NCBI GenBank assembly: GCA_963726365.1
Contig: CAVSCI010000021.1
Coordinates: forward strand, 42,136-106,135
Source of the DNA: an uncultured beta proteobacterium
GTDB taxonomy: Bacteria > Pseudomonadota > Gammaproteobacteria > Burkholderiales > Burkholderiaceae_C
DNA length: 64,000 nucleotides
Direction of reading: 5' to 3'
Part shown: positions 28,202 to 39,774 of the stretch, piece after piece
Layout of the letters: every line of letters starts with the position of its first letter
Numbering within the stretch: the first letter of the stretch is position 1
The notes under the pieces: generated by a model
What the model was told of the DNA's origin: nothing
Database searches by the model: none
Seen by the model: the letters and a program-made list of their open reading frames with translations, nothing else
Translations under genes and position numbers: made by a program

Positions 28202-29020
28202 CTACGACCGCACCGCGAGGACTGACTGTGCCAACTCGGCAAAACCCGCGCCGCGTTCGCCGGGCGTCACGTAGCGCGGCAAATGTGTCAGTTCGCGCTC
28301 GAAGCGCCGGATGTTCGCAACGCCCACGCTGTGCGGGAAATGCTCAAACATCAACTGGTCGTTGGTCGAATCGCCGACGTAGACCCAGCGGTCGATCTCG
28401 GCGCCGAGGTCGCGGCCGAACAGCTTTCGCACAATCCATCGCGCGCCGTCCCACTTGTTGTGCGCGCCGAACCAGCCGTTGATGTGGATGCTGCTGACGG
28501 TGGCGGTCATGCCCTCGCTGCGAAGGATGGCCACGACTTGCGCAATGGTGGCGGGCGGCAGGTGGGTGAACTCGCTATGGTCGATGGCAATGTCGGTCTC
28601 GCGGCCCGGCGAATCCTGCGCCAGCAACGTACCGGGCACCTCGCGCAGCACGCGCGCCGCCACCTGCTGCATGCGGGCGAACTGTGCAGCCCGTGTGGCC
28701 GCGTCCTGTTGGTATATTTTTGATAGCGAACTGTGACCATTCGACGCTGGGAAATGGCCGTTTTTCTTTAAAATCAGCGCCGTGGAACCGTTTTCAGCCA
28801 CGATGGCGTCCACTGGCCAGCTCCGGGCGAAGGGTTCGCTCCAGCCAACCGGCCGGCCGGTGATCGGGATGACGTGCAGGCCGGCAGCCTTCAAGGCGCC
28901 AAGCGCCGCCAGCGCATCCGGCGTGATCGCGCCCTCGGTGGTCAGCGTGTCGTCGATGTCGGTGAAGACGCCGACGAGCTGGCGGCGGTCTTCGAGGGGC
29001 CAGTCGGACAGGGGCTGCAT
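28202..29020 (-). CDS. HAD-superfamily (IIB-like) phosphatase
   Basis: Start MQPLSDWP. Motif I VFTDIDDTLT, motif II ITGRP and motif IV YVGDSTNDQLMF. Confidence 0.75.
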   Translation of the reverse strand: MQPLSDWPLEDRRQLVGVFTDIDDTLTTEGAITPDALAALGALKAAGLHVIPITGRPVGWSEPFARSWPVDAIVAENGSTALILKKNGHFPASNGHSSLSKIYQQDAATRAAQFARMQQVAARVLREVPGTLLAQDSPGRETDIAIDHSEFTHLPPATIAQVVAILRSEGMTATVSSIHINGWFGAHNKWDGARWIVRKLFGRDLGAEIDRWVYVGDSTNDQLMFEHFPHSVGVANIRRFERELTHLPRYVTPGERGAGFAELAQSVLAVRS

Positions 29021-29093
29021 GGAGTGTGTGCAGGGATGGATCCCGGGTTCCCGGATCAAGTCCGGGACAGGCTCAACCCGGGATGACAAGTTT

Positions 29094-30722
29094 CTAGCCA
29101 GCGCTGCCCAGCGCCAGCCCGGCATGCTCACGCAGCGGATGAAAATGGATCTTCGGGAAGCGCTCCTGTGCCAGCCGCACGTCGTAGGGCGAGGTGCACA
29201 GATAGGCCAGCGTGTTGGCCGCGTCCTGGGCCAGCCGGGTCGGGTAGGCGTTGGTGAACTCGCGCAGCTCGGCGGGCGAGTCGGCGGTGATCCATCGCGC
29301 GCCGGTGTACTGGCAGCCTTCGAGCCGCACGTCGCAGTCGTATTCGCCCTTCAGGCGATGCTGAACCACTTCGAACTGCAGCTGGCCCACCGCGCCCAGC
29401 AGCATCGGGCCGCCCATCTCAGGCCGGAAGACCTGGATCGCGCCTTCCTCCCCGAGCTGCTCCAGACCGGTCTGCAACTGCTTGGTGCGCAGCGGGTTCT
29501 TCAGAATCACCGTCATGAACAGCTCGGGCGCGAAGAAGGGCAGGCCGGTGAACTGCAGGCTGGCGCCGTCGGTGATGGTGTCGCCGAGCTGGACGCCGCC
29601 GTGCGTGGTGAAGCCGATGATGTCGCCCGCGTAGGCCTCTTCAACCGCCTCGCGGCGCTGCGACATGAAGGTGACGACGGACGTGGGGCGCAGCTCCTTG
29701 GCGGTGCGCTGCACCTTGAGCTTCATGCCCGGCGTGTATTTGCCTGAGGCCACGCGCACGAAGGCGATGCGGTCGCGGTGATTGGCGTCCATGTTGGCCT
29801 GCACCTTGAACACCACGCCGGAAAAACCCGGGTCGTCGGGGAGCACGGTTTTCTCCACGGGCTGCTTGTTGATGACCAGCGAGCTCTTGCGAGGGCCGGG
29901 CGAGGGGGCCAGGTCCACCAGCGCGTCCAGCACCTCCATCACGCCGAAGTTGTTCACGCCCGAGCCAAAGAACACCGGCGTCTGCTTGCCAGCCAGGAAG
30001 GCCTCGCGGTCGAAAGCCGGCGAGGCGCCCGTGGCCAGTTCCATGCTTTCCATCGCGGTGTCCCAGTCGTGCCCGAAGCGTGCCTGGAGCACGGCGGGGT
30101 CGGTCAGCGGCATCGTTTCGAAGTCCTGCGGGCGGCGCTCCTTGCCGCCGTCGAACACCGTCATGGCCTGGGTGCGCAGGTTGACGATGCCGCCGAAGGT
30201 CTTGCCCTGGCCGACGGGCCAGGTCATGGGCACGCAGGGCATGCCGAGTTCGCGCTCCACCTCGTCGAGGATGTCCAGCGGGTCGCGCACCTCGCGGTCC
30301 ATCTTGTTGACGAAGGTGATGATGGGCGTGTCGCGCTGGCGGCAGACCTCGATCAGCCGGCGCGTCTGCGCCTCCACGCCGTTGGCCGCGTCGATCACCA
30401 TCAGTGCCGAGTCCACGGCGGTCAGCACGCGGTAGGTGTCCTCGCTGAAGTCCTTGTGGCCGGGCGTGTCGAGCAGGTTGATGACGTGCTCGCGGTACAG
30501 CATCTGCATCACCGACGAGGCCACCGAGATGCCGCGCTGCTTCTCGATCTCCATCCAGTCGGAGGTGGCGTGGCGCGTGGCCTTGCGCGCTTTCACCGAG
30601 CCGGCGATCTGGATCGCGCCCGAGAACAGCAGCAGCTTTTCCGTCAGCGTCGTTTTACCGGCATCGGGGTGGGAAATGATGGCAAAGGTCCGGCGGCGCC
30701 GGGTTTCAGAGGCGAAGGACAC
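29094..30722 (-). CDS. prfC: peptide chain release factor 3
   Basis: RRRTFAIISHPDAGKTTLTEKLLLF, NLLDTPGHKDF and FVNKMDR GTPase motifs, with RF3-like full length. The start is uncertain: GTG 30722 gives VSFASETRRRR...; ATG 30812 or 30839 add a non-conserved-looking extension. Confidence 0.9.
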   Translation of the reverse strand: MSFASETRRRRTFAIISHPDAGKTTLTEKLLLFSGAIQIAGSVKARKATRHATSDWMEIEKQRGISVASSVMQMLYREHVINLLDTPGHKDFSEDTYRVLTAVDSALMVIDAANGVEAQTRRLIEVCRQRDTPIITFVNKMDREVRDPLDILDEVERELGMPCVPMTWPVGQGKTFGGIVNLRTQAMTVFDGGKERRPQDFETMPLTDPAVLQARFGHDWDTAMESMELATGASPAFDREAFLAGKQTPVFFGSGVNNFGVMEVLDALVDLAPSPGPRKSSLVINKQPVEKTVLPDDPGFSGVVFKVQANMDANHRDRIAFVRVASGKYTPGMKLKVQRTAKELRPTSVVTFMSQRREAVEEAYAGDIIGFTTHGGVQLGDTITDGASLQFTGLPFFAPELFMTVILKNPLRTKQLQTGLEQLGEEGAIQVFRPEMGGPMLLGAVGQLQFEVVQHRLKGEYDCDVRLEGCQYTGARWITADSPAELREFTNAYPTRLAQDAANTLAYLCTSPYDVRLAQERFPKIHFHPLREHAGLALGSAG

Positions 30723-30857
30723 GAGGGTTCCAGAAGGTGAGGGCGGGGCGGCGGACCCCTGGGCAGACAGACAAGACCGCCTTTCCTGCAAAGTCAGCAG
30801 CAGGCGGGCCATTGTGGGGATTTTACCGGTGCAGGCCATCGACCAGGCGCGTCCTTC

Positions 30858-30863
30858 TATAAT
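30858..30863 (+). promoter_or_regulatory. candidate -10 box (TATAAT) for the riboswitch-ahcY transcript
   Basis: A perfect TATAAT lies 7-8 nt upstream of the riboswitch start. No convincing -35 was found at 17-nt spacing. Confidence 0.4.
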
Positions 30864-30869
30864 TCACGG

Positions 30870-30946
30870 TTCCGAGGAGCGTTGCAGCGCCCCCAGCATC
30901 AGGCGGGGCGTGAGGCTCGGAACCCATCCATGCAACGACGCTCATC
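30870..30946 (+). promoter_or_regulatory. SAH (S-adenosylhomocysteine) riboswitch
   Basis: TTCCGAGGAGCGTTGCAGCGCCCC...GGGGCGTGAGGCTCGGAACCCATCCATGCAACGACGCTCA. P1 pairs CCGAG/CTCGG, P2 pairs CGCCCC/GGGGCG, and the pseudoknot pairs GAGCGTTG/CAACGACGCTC. It matches the SAH riboswitch consensus as I remember it and sits directly upstream of ahcY, its canonical context. Confidence 0.85.
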
Positions 30947-31017
30947 CACTGAACGTGTGTGGTGAGCCTTTTTTCTCCCCCTGTCAGTGGTTTTTCTAAA
31001 CTTGTTTGGAGCAAACC

Positions 31018-32451
<1,434 letters not shown>

Positions 32452-32457
32452 GGCCGG

Positions 32458-33273
32458 ATGCGCATTGACCAGCTCCTGGGCGAACGCGGTCTGGCCACGT
32501 CACGCTCGCAGGCCCAGCGGCTGATTGCCGCTGGCGTGCGGTGGCGGCTCGACCGCGACGCGCCGTGGAAACATGTGGCCAAGAATGGCGACGAGGTGCC
32601 CGGTTCGGCGGAAGTCGAATTGCTGGACACATCCGAAGCGCGCTACGTGTCGCGGGGCGGGCTCAAGCTCGAAGGCGCGCTCAAGGCCACCGGGTTGCAG
32701 GTGACGGGGCTGCGCTGCCTGGACATTGGCCAGTCCACGGGCGGCTTCACCGACTGCCTGTTGCAGCACGGCGCGGCGCAGGTGACCGGCGTCGATGTGG
32801 GCTCGAACCAGGTGCACCCGAAGATCCGCGAAGATGACCGGGTCACCTGCATCGAAGGGGTCAATGCGCGCGAGCTGGATGCTTCTGACTTGATAGCTGA
32901 CGAAGACCATCCAGCGCTGGACGAAGGCCATTTTCGTCCGGAATTTGACCTGGTGACCGGCGACCTGTCGTTTATCTCGCTCACTCTGGTTCTGCCGGCG
33001 CTGGTGCCCTTCCTCAAGGCCGACGGCACGCTGCTGATGCTGGTCAAGCCGCAGTTCGAGCTTCAGCCCGGGCAGGTGGGAAAGGGCGGGATTGTGAAAG
33101 ACCCCGCGCTGTACGCAGTGGTTGAGCAGCGCATTCGCGATGCCTGCGCGGCGCTCGGGCTGGTGGTGCAGTCCTGGTTTGACAGCCCGATCGCCGGGGG
33201 TGACGGCAACCGCGAGTTTTTTGTCTGGGCCCGCAAGCCGGCAGCCAGTGAGATTCTGGGAAGCGAGACATGA
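32458..33273 (+). CDS. tlyA: TlyA-family rRNA 2'-O-methyltransferase (S4 domain + FtsJ-like)
   Basis: MRIDQLLGERGLATSRSQAQRLI (S4-like), YVSRGGLKLEGAL, CLDIGQSTGGFTDCLL and GDGNREFF. Confidence 0.85.
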   Translation: MRIDQLLGERGLATSRSQAQRLIAAGVRWRLDRDAPWKHVAKNGDEVPGSAEVELLDTSEARYVSRGGLKLEGALKATGLQVTGLRCLDIGQSTGGFTDCLLQHGAAQVTGVDVGSNQVHPKIREDDRVTCIEGVNARELDASDLIADEDHPALDEGHFRPEFDLVTGDLSFISLTLVLPALVPFLKADGTLLMLVKPQFELQPGQVGKGGIVKDPALYAVVEQRIRDACAALGLVVQSWFDSPIAGGDGNREFFVWARKPAASEILGSET

Positions 33274-34100
33274 ATCTGCCTTTGAGTTTTGAATTTTTCC
33301 CGCCGAAGACGCCCGAGGGCGCCGAGAAGCTGCGCGGCGTGCGCCAGCAGCTTTACGCGCTGGCGCCGGAGTTCTGCTCGGTGACCTATGGCGCGGGCGG
33401 CTCCACGCAGGAAGGCACTTTCACGACGGTGCGCGAGATCCTTTCCGAAGGCGTGGCCGCGGCTTCGCATTTCTCTTGTGTGGGGGCGACCCGCGATACC
33501 GTGCGTGAACAACTGCAGGTCTTGAAGGCCATGGGCGTCAGGCGCCTGGTGGCGTTGCGCGGGGATCTGCCCAGCGGCTACGGGGCTGGCGGCGAATTCC
33601 CGTATGCGAGTGATCTGGTGGCCTTCATTCGCGCTGAAACCGGCGATGACTTCCGCATCGAGGTGGCCTGCTATCCCGAGATCCACCCCCAGGCGAAGTC
33701 GGCGGAGGCCGATCTGCAAGCCTTTGTGGCGAAGGTGCGCGCAGGCGCCGATTCGGCCATCACCCAGTACTTCTTCAACGCGGATGCCTATTTCCGTTTT
33801 GTGGACGATGCGATCAAGCTCGGGGTGAACACGCCGGTGGTACCCGGCATCATGCCGATCACCAGTTCGACCCAGCTCATGCGTTTCTCCGATGCCTGCG
33901 GCGCGGAGATTCCACGCTGGATCCGCCTGCGGTTGCAGGGCTTTGGCGATGACACCGCGTCGATCAAGGCGTTTGGCCTGGACGTGGTGACCGACCTGTG
34001 CGACCAGTTGCGCTGCGCGGAAGTGCCGGGGCTGCATTTCTACACCATGAACCAGAGCGCGGCGACGACCGAAATCGTGCGCCGGCTGGCGCAGGCATGA
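33270..34100 (+). CDS. metF: 5,10-methylenetetrahydrofolate reductase
   Basis: [26 protein letters not shown] and LHFYTMNQ motifs. The start overlaps the tlyA stop. Confidence 0.9.
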   Translation: MNLPLSFEFFPPKTPEGAEKLRGVRQQLYALAPEFCSVTYGAGGSTQEGTFTTVREILSEGVAAASHFSCVGATRDTVREQLQVLKAMGVRRLVALRGDLPSGYGAGGEFPYASDLVAFIRAETGDDFRIEVACYPEIHPQAKSAEADLQAFVAKVRAGADSAITQYFFNADAYFRFVDDAIKLGVNTPVVPGIMPITSSTQLMRFSDACGAEIPRWIRLRLQGFGDDTASIKAFGLDVVTDLCDQLRCAEVPGLHFYTMNQSAATTEIVRRLAQA

Positions 34101-34642
34101 CAATGGGGTGGCACATTCCCGCCAGAAGCGCCCGTGTGAGCCTGTGGGGCTTGGTGCTCGCCGTGTCGGCACTGATGGCATTGCCCGCGCGAGCCGAGTT
34201 GTCAACCGCCGTGGTGGCCTCCAATGAGGCGGTTGAGACGTCCGGGGCCCCGGCCTGGCTGGATCCGATGCCTGGATTTGACGCCCTGATTCACTTGGCG
34301 GCGCCCGCCGCAGCCGCGGCCTTGGCAGGCCCGTTCAATAGCGCAGAAGGCGCGGAGATCGACCGCGGCAAGGGCTCCTGGTATGGCGGACGGTTTCACG
34401 GACGGCGCACCGCAAGCGGCGAAAAATTCGACATGCACGACCTGACCGCGGCCCACAAGACCCTGCCGTTTGGAACCCGGGTGCGGGTGCGCGATCTCGA
34501 TACGGGCAAGGAAGTCGTGGTGCGCATCAACGACCGCGGCCCCCATGTGCGCGGGCGCATCATCGACCTCAGCCGTGCTGCCGCGGTCGCCCTGGGCGTG
34601 CTGCACGCGGGCGAGGCCGCGGTGGCTTTGCTGCTGCCCTGA
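34097..34642 (+). CDS. rlpA: RlpA-like septal-ring lytic transglycosylase (double-psi beta-barrel) protein
   Basis: Signal peptide, then [57 protein letters not shown], the RlpA DPBB core. ATGA overlap with metF. Confidence 0.8.
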   Translation: MTMGWHIPARSARVSLWGLVLAVSALMALPARAELSTAVVASNEAVETSGAPAWLDPMPGFDALIHLAAPAAAAALAGPFNSAEGAEIDRGKGSWYGGRFHGRRTASGEKFDMHDLTAAHKTLPFGTRVRVRDLDTGKEVVVRINDRGPHVRGRIIDLSRAAAVALGVLHAGEAAVALLLP

Positions 34643-34715
34643 GCCGGCGGCACGGCGAGCCCGTTTTCCCCGCAAATTTTCCGGTCCGTCACAAATTCTT
34701 GACCCAGGAGACTCC

Positions 34716-35993
34716 ATGAAAATCGAAACCATCGCTGTTCACGGCGGCTACACGCCCGACCCCACTACCAAGGCCGTGGCCGTGCCGATCTACCAGACGG
34801 TCGCCTACGCATTCGACGATACGCAGCACGGCGCCGACCTGTTCGACCTGAAGGTTGCGGGCAACATCTACAGCCGCATCATGAACCCGACCAATGGCGT
34901 GCTCGAGGCGCGTCTGGCGGCGCTGGAAGGCGGCGTTGGCGCGCTGGCCATGGCCTCGGGCATGGCGGCGATCACGGCGGCCATCCAGACCATCGCTGAA
35001 ACGGGGGACAACATCGTGTCGGCGTCGACCTTGTACGGCGGCACCTACAACCTGTTTGCCCACACTTTTCCGCAGCAGGGCATTGAAGTGCGATTTGCCG
35101 ATTCGCGCGACCCGGCGTCGTTCGCGGCGCTGATCGACGCCCGTACCAAGGCGGTGTATTGCGAATCGGTGGGCAACCCGCTGGGCAACGTCACCGACAT
35201 CGCGGCGCTGGCGGCCGTGGCCCACGCGGCGGGCGTTCCGCTGATCGTGGACAACACCGTGTCCAGCCCCTATCTGTGCCGGCCCTTCGAGCACGGCGCC
35301 GACATCGTGGTGCATTCGCTGACCAAGTACCTGGGCGGCCACGGCACCACGATCGGCGGCGCGATCGTCGATTCAGGCAAGTTCCCGTGGGCCGAGCACA
35401 AGACGCGGTTCAAACGCCTGAACGAGCCCGACGTGAGCTACCACGGCGTGGTCTATACCGAGGCGCTCGGCGCGGCGGCCTATATCGGCCGGGCCCGCGT
35501 GGTGCCCTTGCGCAACATGGGCGCGGCGCTGAGCCCGATGAACGCTTTCCAGATCCTGCAGGGCATCGAGACGCTGGCGCTGCGCATGGACCGGATCTGC
35601 GAAAACGCGGTGAGGGTGGCGCGTCACTTGCAAGACCACGCCAAGGTGGCTTGGGTCAACTACGCGGGCCTGCCCGACCACCGCGACCATGCGCTGGTGC
35701 AGAGGTACATGGGCGGCAAGGCCTCCGGCATCGTCAGCTTCGGCCTCAAGGCGGCGGACGGCCTTGCAGCCGGCGCCCGCTTCCAGGACGCACTGCAGCT
35801 GTTCACCCGGCTGGTCAACATCGGCGACGCCAAGTCGCTGGCCTGCCACCCGGCGTCCACCACGCACCGCCAGCTCAATCCGCAAGAACTGGCCAAAGCC
35901 GGTGTCAGCCTGGACATGGTGCGCCTGTCCATCGGCATCGAGCACATCGACGACCTGCTGGCCGATCTGGACCAGGCGCTGACGGCGGTTTGA
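34716..35993 (+). CDS. metY: O-acetylhomoserine aminocarboxypropyltransferase (sulfhydrylase)
   Basis: [11 protein letters not shown]...[12 protein letters not shown] and the PLP-Lys context [20 protein letters not shown] before ATG 34716. Confidence 0.9.
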   Translation: MKIETIAVHGGYTPDPTTKAVAVPIYQTVAYAFDDTQHGADLFDLKVAGNIYSRIMNPTNGVLEARLAALEGGVGALAMASGMAAITAAIQTIAETGDNIVSASTLYGGTYNLFAHTFPQQGIEVRFADSRDPASFAALIDARTKAVYCESVGNPLGNVTDIAALAAVAHAAGVPLIVDNTVSSPYLCRPFEHGADIVVHSLTKYLGGHGTTIGGAIVDSGKFPWAEHKTRFKRLNEPDVSYHGVVYTEALGAAAYIGRARVVPLRNMGAALSPMNAFQILQGIETLALRMDRICENAVRVARHLQDHAKVAWVNYAGLPDHRDHALVQRYMGGKASGIVSFGLKAADGLAAGARFQDALQLFTRLVNIGDAKSLACHPASTTHRQLNPQELAKAGVSLDMVRLSIGIEHIDDLLADLDQALTAV

Positions 35994-36054
35994 AAAGCGG
36001 CCCTCGAGCCGGTGGCGCATGTCGCCGGCTCGCAACATGGCCCCTGAAGAAGGT

Positions 36055-36068
36055 TTGATCTGGCTCAA
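36055..36068 (+). promoter_or_regulatory. candidate FNR/CRP-family box upstream of ompW
   Basis: TTGAT-CTGG-CTCAA matches TTGAT-N4-ATCAA at 9/10 positions, about 135 nt upstream of the ompW start. ompW is FNR-regulated in enterobacteria (established there, inference here). Confidence 0.3.
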
Positions 36069-36195
36069 ACTGTTGTGTCTACGGGTGATGAGCCGGAGCG
36101 TGTTTGATTTTTGTTCAACCAACTGGCCGGACGGGCCAATTCCAATCGCGTTTGGGGATTTCCCAGGCCTTTATTTTGATGATTGGATACTGATC

Positions 36196-36804
36196 GTGAA
36201 GAAACATCTCATCGCCACCGCCGCGCTCTGCACCCTTGCCTCGGGCGCCGCTCTTGCGCAACAGGCCGCCAAGGCCGAAGGTCCTTGGATGGTGCGCGCG
36301 CGCGCCGTGTACGTTGACACCTACAACAGCACGTCCGGCATTGCTTCCACGCTCGATCTGAACGTGGACAGCAAGTGGATCCCGGAAGTGGATATCAGCT
36401 ACTTCTTCAGCAAGAACCTGGCGACTGAGCTGATCCTGACCTGGCCGCAAAAAATGACGGTGAATGCCGGCAACACGTCGATCGGCTCGATCAAGGTCTT
36501 GCCGCCGACGCTGCTGCTGCAGTACCACTTCGACGGCCTGCCGGTGAAGCCCTATGTCGGCGCGGGTATCAACTACACGAACTACTCCGGCGTCAGCCTG
36601 CCGGCCGGTGTCTCGATCGACAACGGCAGCTGGGGCGGCGCACTGCAGGCCGGTGTCGACATCCCGCTGACCGGCAACATGTTCCTCAACCTGGACGTGA
36701 AAAAGGTCTGGATGGGGACGGACGTCTATGTCGCTGGCGTCAACTCGGGTAGCCTCAAGGTCGACCCGGTGCTCTGGGGTGTGGGCTTGGGCTGGCGTTT
36801 CTGA
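36196..36804 (+). CDS. ompW: OmpW-family outer-membrane beta-barrel protein
   Basis: GTG start giving VKKHLIATAALCTLASGAALAQ (signal). OmpW-like segments are WMVRARAVYVD, TELILTWPQKM, PPTLLLQYHF, KPYVGAGINYT and the C-terminal GVGLGWRF. Confidence 0.8.
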   Translation: MKKHLIATAALCTLASGAALAQQAAKAEGPWMVRARAVYVDTYNSTSGIASTLDLNVDSKWIPEVDISYFFSKNLATELILTWPQKMTVNAGNTSIGSIKVLPPTLLLQYHFDGLPVKPYVGAGINYTNYSGVSLPAGVSIDNGSWGGALQAGVDIPLTGNMFLNLDVKKVWMGTDVYVAGVNSGSLKVDPVLWGVGLGWRF

Positions 36805-36824
36805 GCCAGAGTCCCTCCGACAGG

Positions 36825-36852
36825 AAAAAAGCCCCGCATTGCGGGGCTTTTT
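36825..36852. terminator. bidirectional rho-independent terminator between ompW and paaE
   Basis: AAAAAA-GCCCCGC-ATT-GCGGGGC-TTTTT. Confidence 0.85.
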
Positions 36853-36901
36853 GTCTTGGCATCGACCCGTTGTTTTCAGGCAGTACCCGCGTTGGTGCGT
36901 C

Positions 36902-38005
36902 TCAGCGCTCGTCGTAGCTGACGACCAGGCGCTCGCTGGTCGGGCGCGCCTGGCAGGACAGTACGAATCCCTTGTCGGTTTCCCAGGGCTCGAGTGTGAA
37001 GTTCTTGTCCATGCTCACGCTGCCTTCGAGAACCTTGGCGCGGCAGGTGCAGCAGACGCCACCCCGGCAAGACCAGGGCAGGTCGAGCCCGGCGGCCAGC
37101 GCGACATCGAGCACATGCTGGTCCGGCGCCATGTGAAGCTCGTGGGGCTTGCCGTCCAGCACCACCGTCAACGCGATCTTTCCATCTACAGGCGCCTTGT
37201 GCTTTGACAGTGCGGCCTGGCGATCGGCGGGCGCGAGCGCTTCCAGGGTGGGCGAGGTAAAGCGCTCGCTGTGCACCCGGTTGGCCGGCACCCCGGCGGC
37301 CAGCAGCGCGGCCTCGGTGGCCTCGATCATGGCTTCAGGCCCGCAGACGAAGACCTCGTCCATGCTGCCCACCGGCAGGAGCGCGTCGATGATCGCCAGC
37401 ACCTTGTCGCCGTCGATGCGGCCCTGCAGCAGGTCGGCCTCCTGCGCCTCGCGCGAGAGCACATGAATGAGCGTGAGGCGATCGGGGTAGCGGTCCTTCA
37501 GATCCTGCAGGGCTTCATTGAACATGACGCTGGCCATGCGGCGGTTGCCATAGACCAGGGTGAATTTCGACTCGGGCTGTTCTTCGAGCGTGCTGGCCAT
37601 GATCGACAGGATCGGCGTGATGCCGGAACCGGCGGCAAATCCAACGCGGTGCAGAGCCCGCGGGCGGCTGGACACGAAGCGGCCTTCCGGCGGCATCACG
37701 GCCAGGGTGTCGCCGCCCTTCAGTTCTTTCGCGGCCCAGTTCGAGAAAACGCCGCCCTCCATGGGGCGGATGCCAATGTCCAGTTCGCTGCGCCGTCCCA
37801 GGTCGCTGCGGGTGCTGCAGATGGAATAGCTGCGGCGCACGTCGGCGCCATTGATGGTGGCGCGCAGCGTCAGGAACTGGCCCGGCTGAAATTCAAAGCT
37901 GTCACGCAGTGTTTCGGGAATCGAAAGCGTGATGGCGACGGCGCCTGCGGCTTCAGGACTGATCCGCGCGACGGTAAGGTCGTGAAAACGGGGGGCTGCA
38001 GACAT
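36902..38005 (-). CDS. paaE: phenylacetyl-CoA 1,2-epoxidase reductase subunit (FNR-like + plant-type 2Fe-2S)
   Basis: Start MSAAPRFHDLTV. Flavin site RSYSICS, NAD site AAGSGITP, and the C-terminal 2Fe-2S motif CRGGVCCTCRAKV. The listed ORF extends 90 codons further but overlaps paaD. Confidence 0.9.
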   Translation of the reverse strand: MSAAPRFHDLTVARISPEAAGAVAITLSIPETLRDSFEFQPGQFLTLRATINGADVRRSYSICSTRSDLGRRSELDIGIRPMEGGVFSNWAAKELKGGDTLAVMPPEGRFVSSRPRALHRVGFAAGSGITPILSIMASTLEEQPESKFTLVYGNRRMASVMFNEALQDLKDRYPDRLTLIHVLSREAQEADLLQGRIDGDKVLAIIDALLPVGSMDEVFVCGPEAMIEATEAALLAAGVPANRVHSERFTSPTLEALAPADRQAALSKHKAPVDGKIALTVVLDGKPHELHMAPDQHVLDVALAAGLDLPWSCRGGVCCTCRAKVLEGSVSMDKNFTLEPWETDKGFVLSCQARPTSERLVVSYDER

Positions 38006-38027
38006 GGTGGATTCGCTCGCGGCGCGG

Positions 38028-38567
38028 TTAATAGGGTTTGAAGTAGTCAAACGGCTCCATGCAGTCCAGGCACCGGTACAGGGCCTTGCAGGCGGTGGAG
38101 CCGAAGTGCGAGGTCTCGGTGGTGTTCTGCGAGCCGCACTGGGGGCAGGGCACGACCTCGGGCGTTGCGGCGCGCGCCGAGAAGCGGACGACGCTCGATG
38201 CATCGCGGCTATCCGCGGCACTGCCGCATTGCGGCGGTGCGATCCCATAGGCGCGCAGCTTGTCCTTGGCCACATCGCTCATCCAGTCGGTACTCCAGGC
38301 CGGCGCGAGCTGCGTCACCACGCGGGCGTCGATCCCGTGGGCGGCCAAGGTGTCCCGCACGTCGTCCTCGATCTGACCCATCGCCGGGCAGCCGCTGTAG
38401 GTCGGTGTGATCACCACCTCCAGGCCGCCGACGCCGTCACGCACTTCGCGCAGGATGCCGAGTTCGCGCAACGTGACCACCGGGATCTCCGGGTCGGTCA
38501 AGGCTTCCAGCGCGGCCCAGATCTGCGGGTGGCTGCAGACTGGCGTCTGTGCGATTGAGGAGCTCAT
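38028..38567 (-). CDS. paaD: phenylacetate-CoA oxygenase subunit PaaD (PaaJ)
   Basis: LTDPEIPVVTLRELGILREV, ITPTYSGCPAM and the C-terminal CPQCGS...CLDCMEPFDYFK. Confidence 0.9.
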   Translation of the reverse strand: MSSSIAQTPVCSHPQIWAALEALTDPEIPVVTLRELGILREVRDGVGGLEVVITPTYSGCPAMGQIEDDVRDTLAAHGIDARVVTQLAPAWSTDWMSDVAKDKLRAYGIAPPQCGSAADSRDASSVVRFSARAATPEVVPCPQCGSQNTTETSHFGSTACKALYRCLDCMEPFDYFKPY

Positions 38568-38587
38568 TGGGAAAACGGCGAAACGGA

Positions 38588-39463
38588 CTACCAGGTGGCC
38601 TGCGGATGCGCGCGCGCCAGACTCTGCATTTCGGCGAGTACGAAGCCGAGGTGCTCGGAGTGAACGCCCTGCTTGCCCCGGCTGACATAGCCTTGATCAG
38701 TCGGGCGCTTCAGGGTGGCTTCGCCCAGCGCGCTGTCAACCAGCGTGTTCCAGTCGGCCTGCAGTTCGCGAGGCGCCAGGCCGGCCCCACTGCTGCTGGC
38801 GGAAAACTCCGCGGCACTGTCGGTCCAGAACTCCTGGGTGTAGGGCATCAGGTGATCCAGCGCGGCCTGGGCACGGGCATGCGATGCATCCGTGCCGTCG
38901 CCAAAGCGCACCAGCCAGTCGCGCGAGTGGCGCAGGTGGTAGCGCACTTCCTTGAGCGACTTGGCGGCGATGGCCGCGAGTTGTGGATCTGCAGAGTCCT
39001 GAAGGCGTTCCCACATCAGCGCCATCAGGGCGCTGTAGAGGAAATTGCGCACAATGGTCGTCGCGTAATCCCGATCACCTGAAGCGGTGGCTGCCAGCGG
39101 CGGGCTGTGTGGCAGTTCCAGCAGGGTGTAGTTTCGGAAATCCGGCACATCACGGAAATAGGCCAGGGAGTCCTCGGTGGCGCCATTGCCTATCAGCTGG
39201 GCCGCGTGCTGGTAAAGCAGGCGGGCCTGGCCGATCAGGTCCAGGCTGTTGTTGGCCAGCGCCAGGTCTTCTTCGAGGATGGGGCCGTGGCCGCACCATT
39301 CCGCATTGCGCTGCCCGAGGATCAACGCGTTGTCGGCAAGCTGCAGCAGGTAATCTATCGGTGCCCCCACGTTTCCCACTGCGTGTGGTGCGCTGCCCCC
39401 CGAGGGGGCGCTCGCTTGCGCGGAGCGGTCCGGCGCGGCGCTCGGTTCGGTCGTCTGCATCAC
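38588..39463 (-). CDS. paaC: phenylacetyl-CoA 1,2-epoxidase subunit PaaC
   Basis: 291 aa. LLQLADNALILGQRNAEWCGHGPILEEDLALAN is typical of PaaC. It lies between paaB and paaD. Confidence 0.9.
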   Translation of the reverse strand: MMQTTEPSAAPDRSAQASAPSGGSAPHAVGNVGAPIDYLLQLADNALILGQRNAEWCGHGPILEEDLALANNSLDLIGQARLLYQHAAQLIGNGATEDSLAYFRDVPDFRNYTLLELPHSPPLAATASGDRDYATTIVRNFLYSALMALMWERLQDSADPQLAAIAAKSLKEVRYHLRHSRDWLVRFGDGTDASHARAQAALDHLMPYTQEFWTDSAAEFSASSSGAGLAPRELQADWNTLVDSALGEATLKRPTDQGYVSRGKQGVHSEHLGFVLAEMQSLARAHPQATW

Positions 39464-39774
39464 ATGTGCCCCACTTCGTCGGGGATGTCGTAGAACGTCG
39501 GATGGCGGTAGATCTTGTCCGCGGCGGGTTCGAAGAACTCGCCCTTGTCACCCGGGTCGCTGGCGGCGATGGTCGCCGAGGGTACGACCCAGATGCTCAC
39601 GCCTTCCTGGCGCCGCGTGTACACGTCACGGGCCATCTGCAATGCGTGCTGCGCGTCGCTGGCGTGCAGGCTGCCGCAGTGCTTGTGTTCCAGGCCCTGC
39701 TTGCTCCGGACGAAGACTTCCCAGAGCGGCCATTCTTTCAGCGCTGGGGCGGGGATGTTCGGGTTGCTGCTCAT
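39460..39774 (-). CDS. paaB: phenylacetyl-CoA 1,2-epoxidase subunit PaaB
   Basis: 104 aa from MSSNPNIP; [24 protein letters not shown]...IYRHPTFY. Start and stop overlap paaA and paaC. Confidence 0.9.
   Translation of the reverse strand: MSSNPNIPAPALKEWPLWEVFVRSKQGLEHKHCGSLHASDAQHALQMARDVYTRRQEGVSIWVVPSATIAASDPGDKGEFFEPAADKIYRHPTFYDIPDEVGHM

Noticed and set aside
36104-36118. Second FNR-like element TTGATTTTTGTTCAA upstream of ompW
   Set aside because: The half-site spacing is N5 rather than N4 and the right half-site is weaker. It is mentioned only under the first site.
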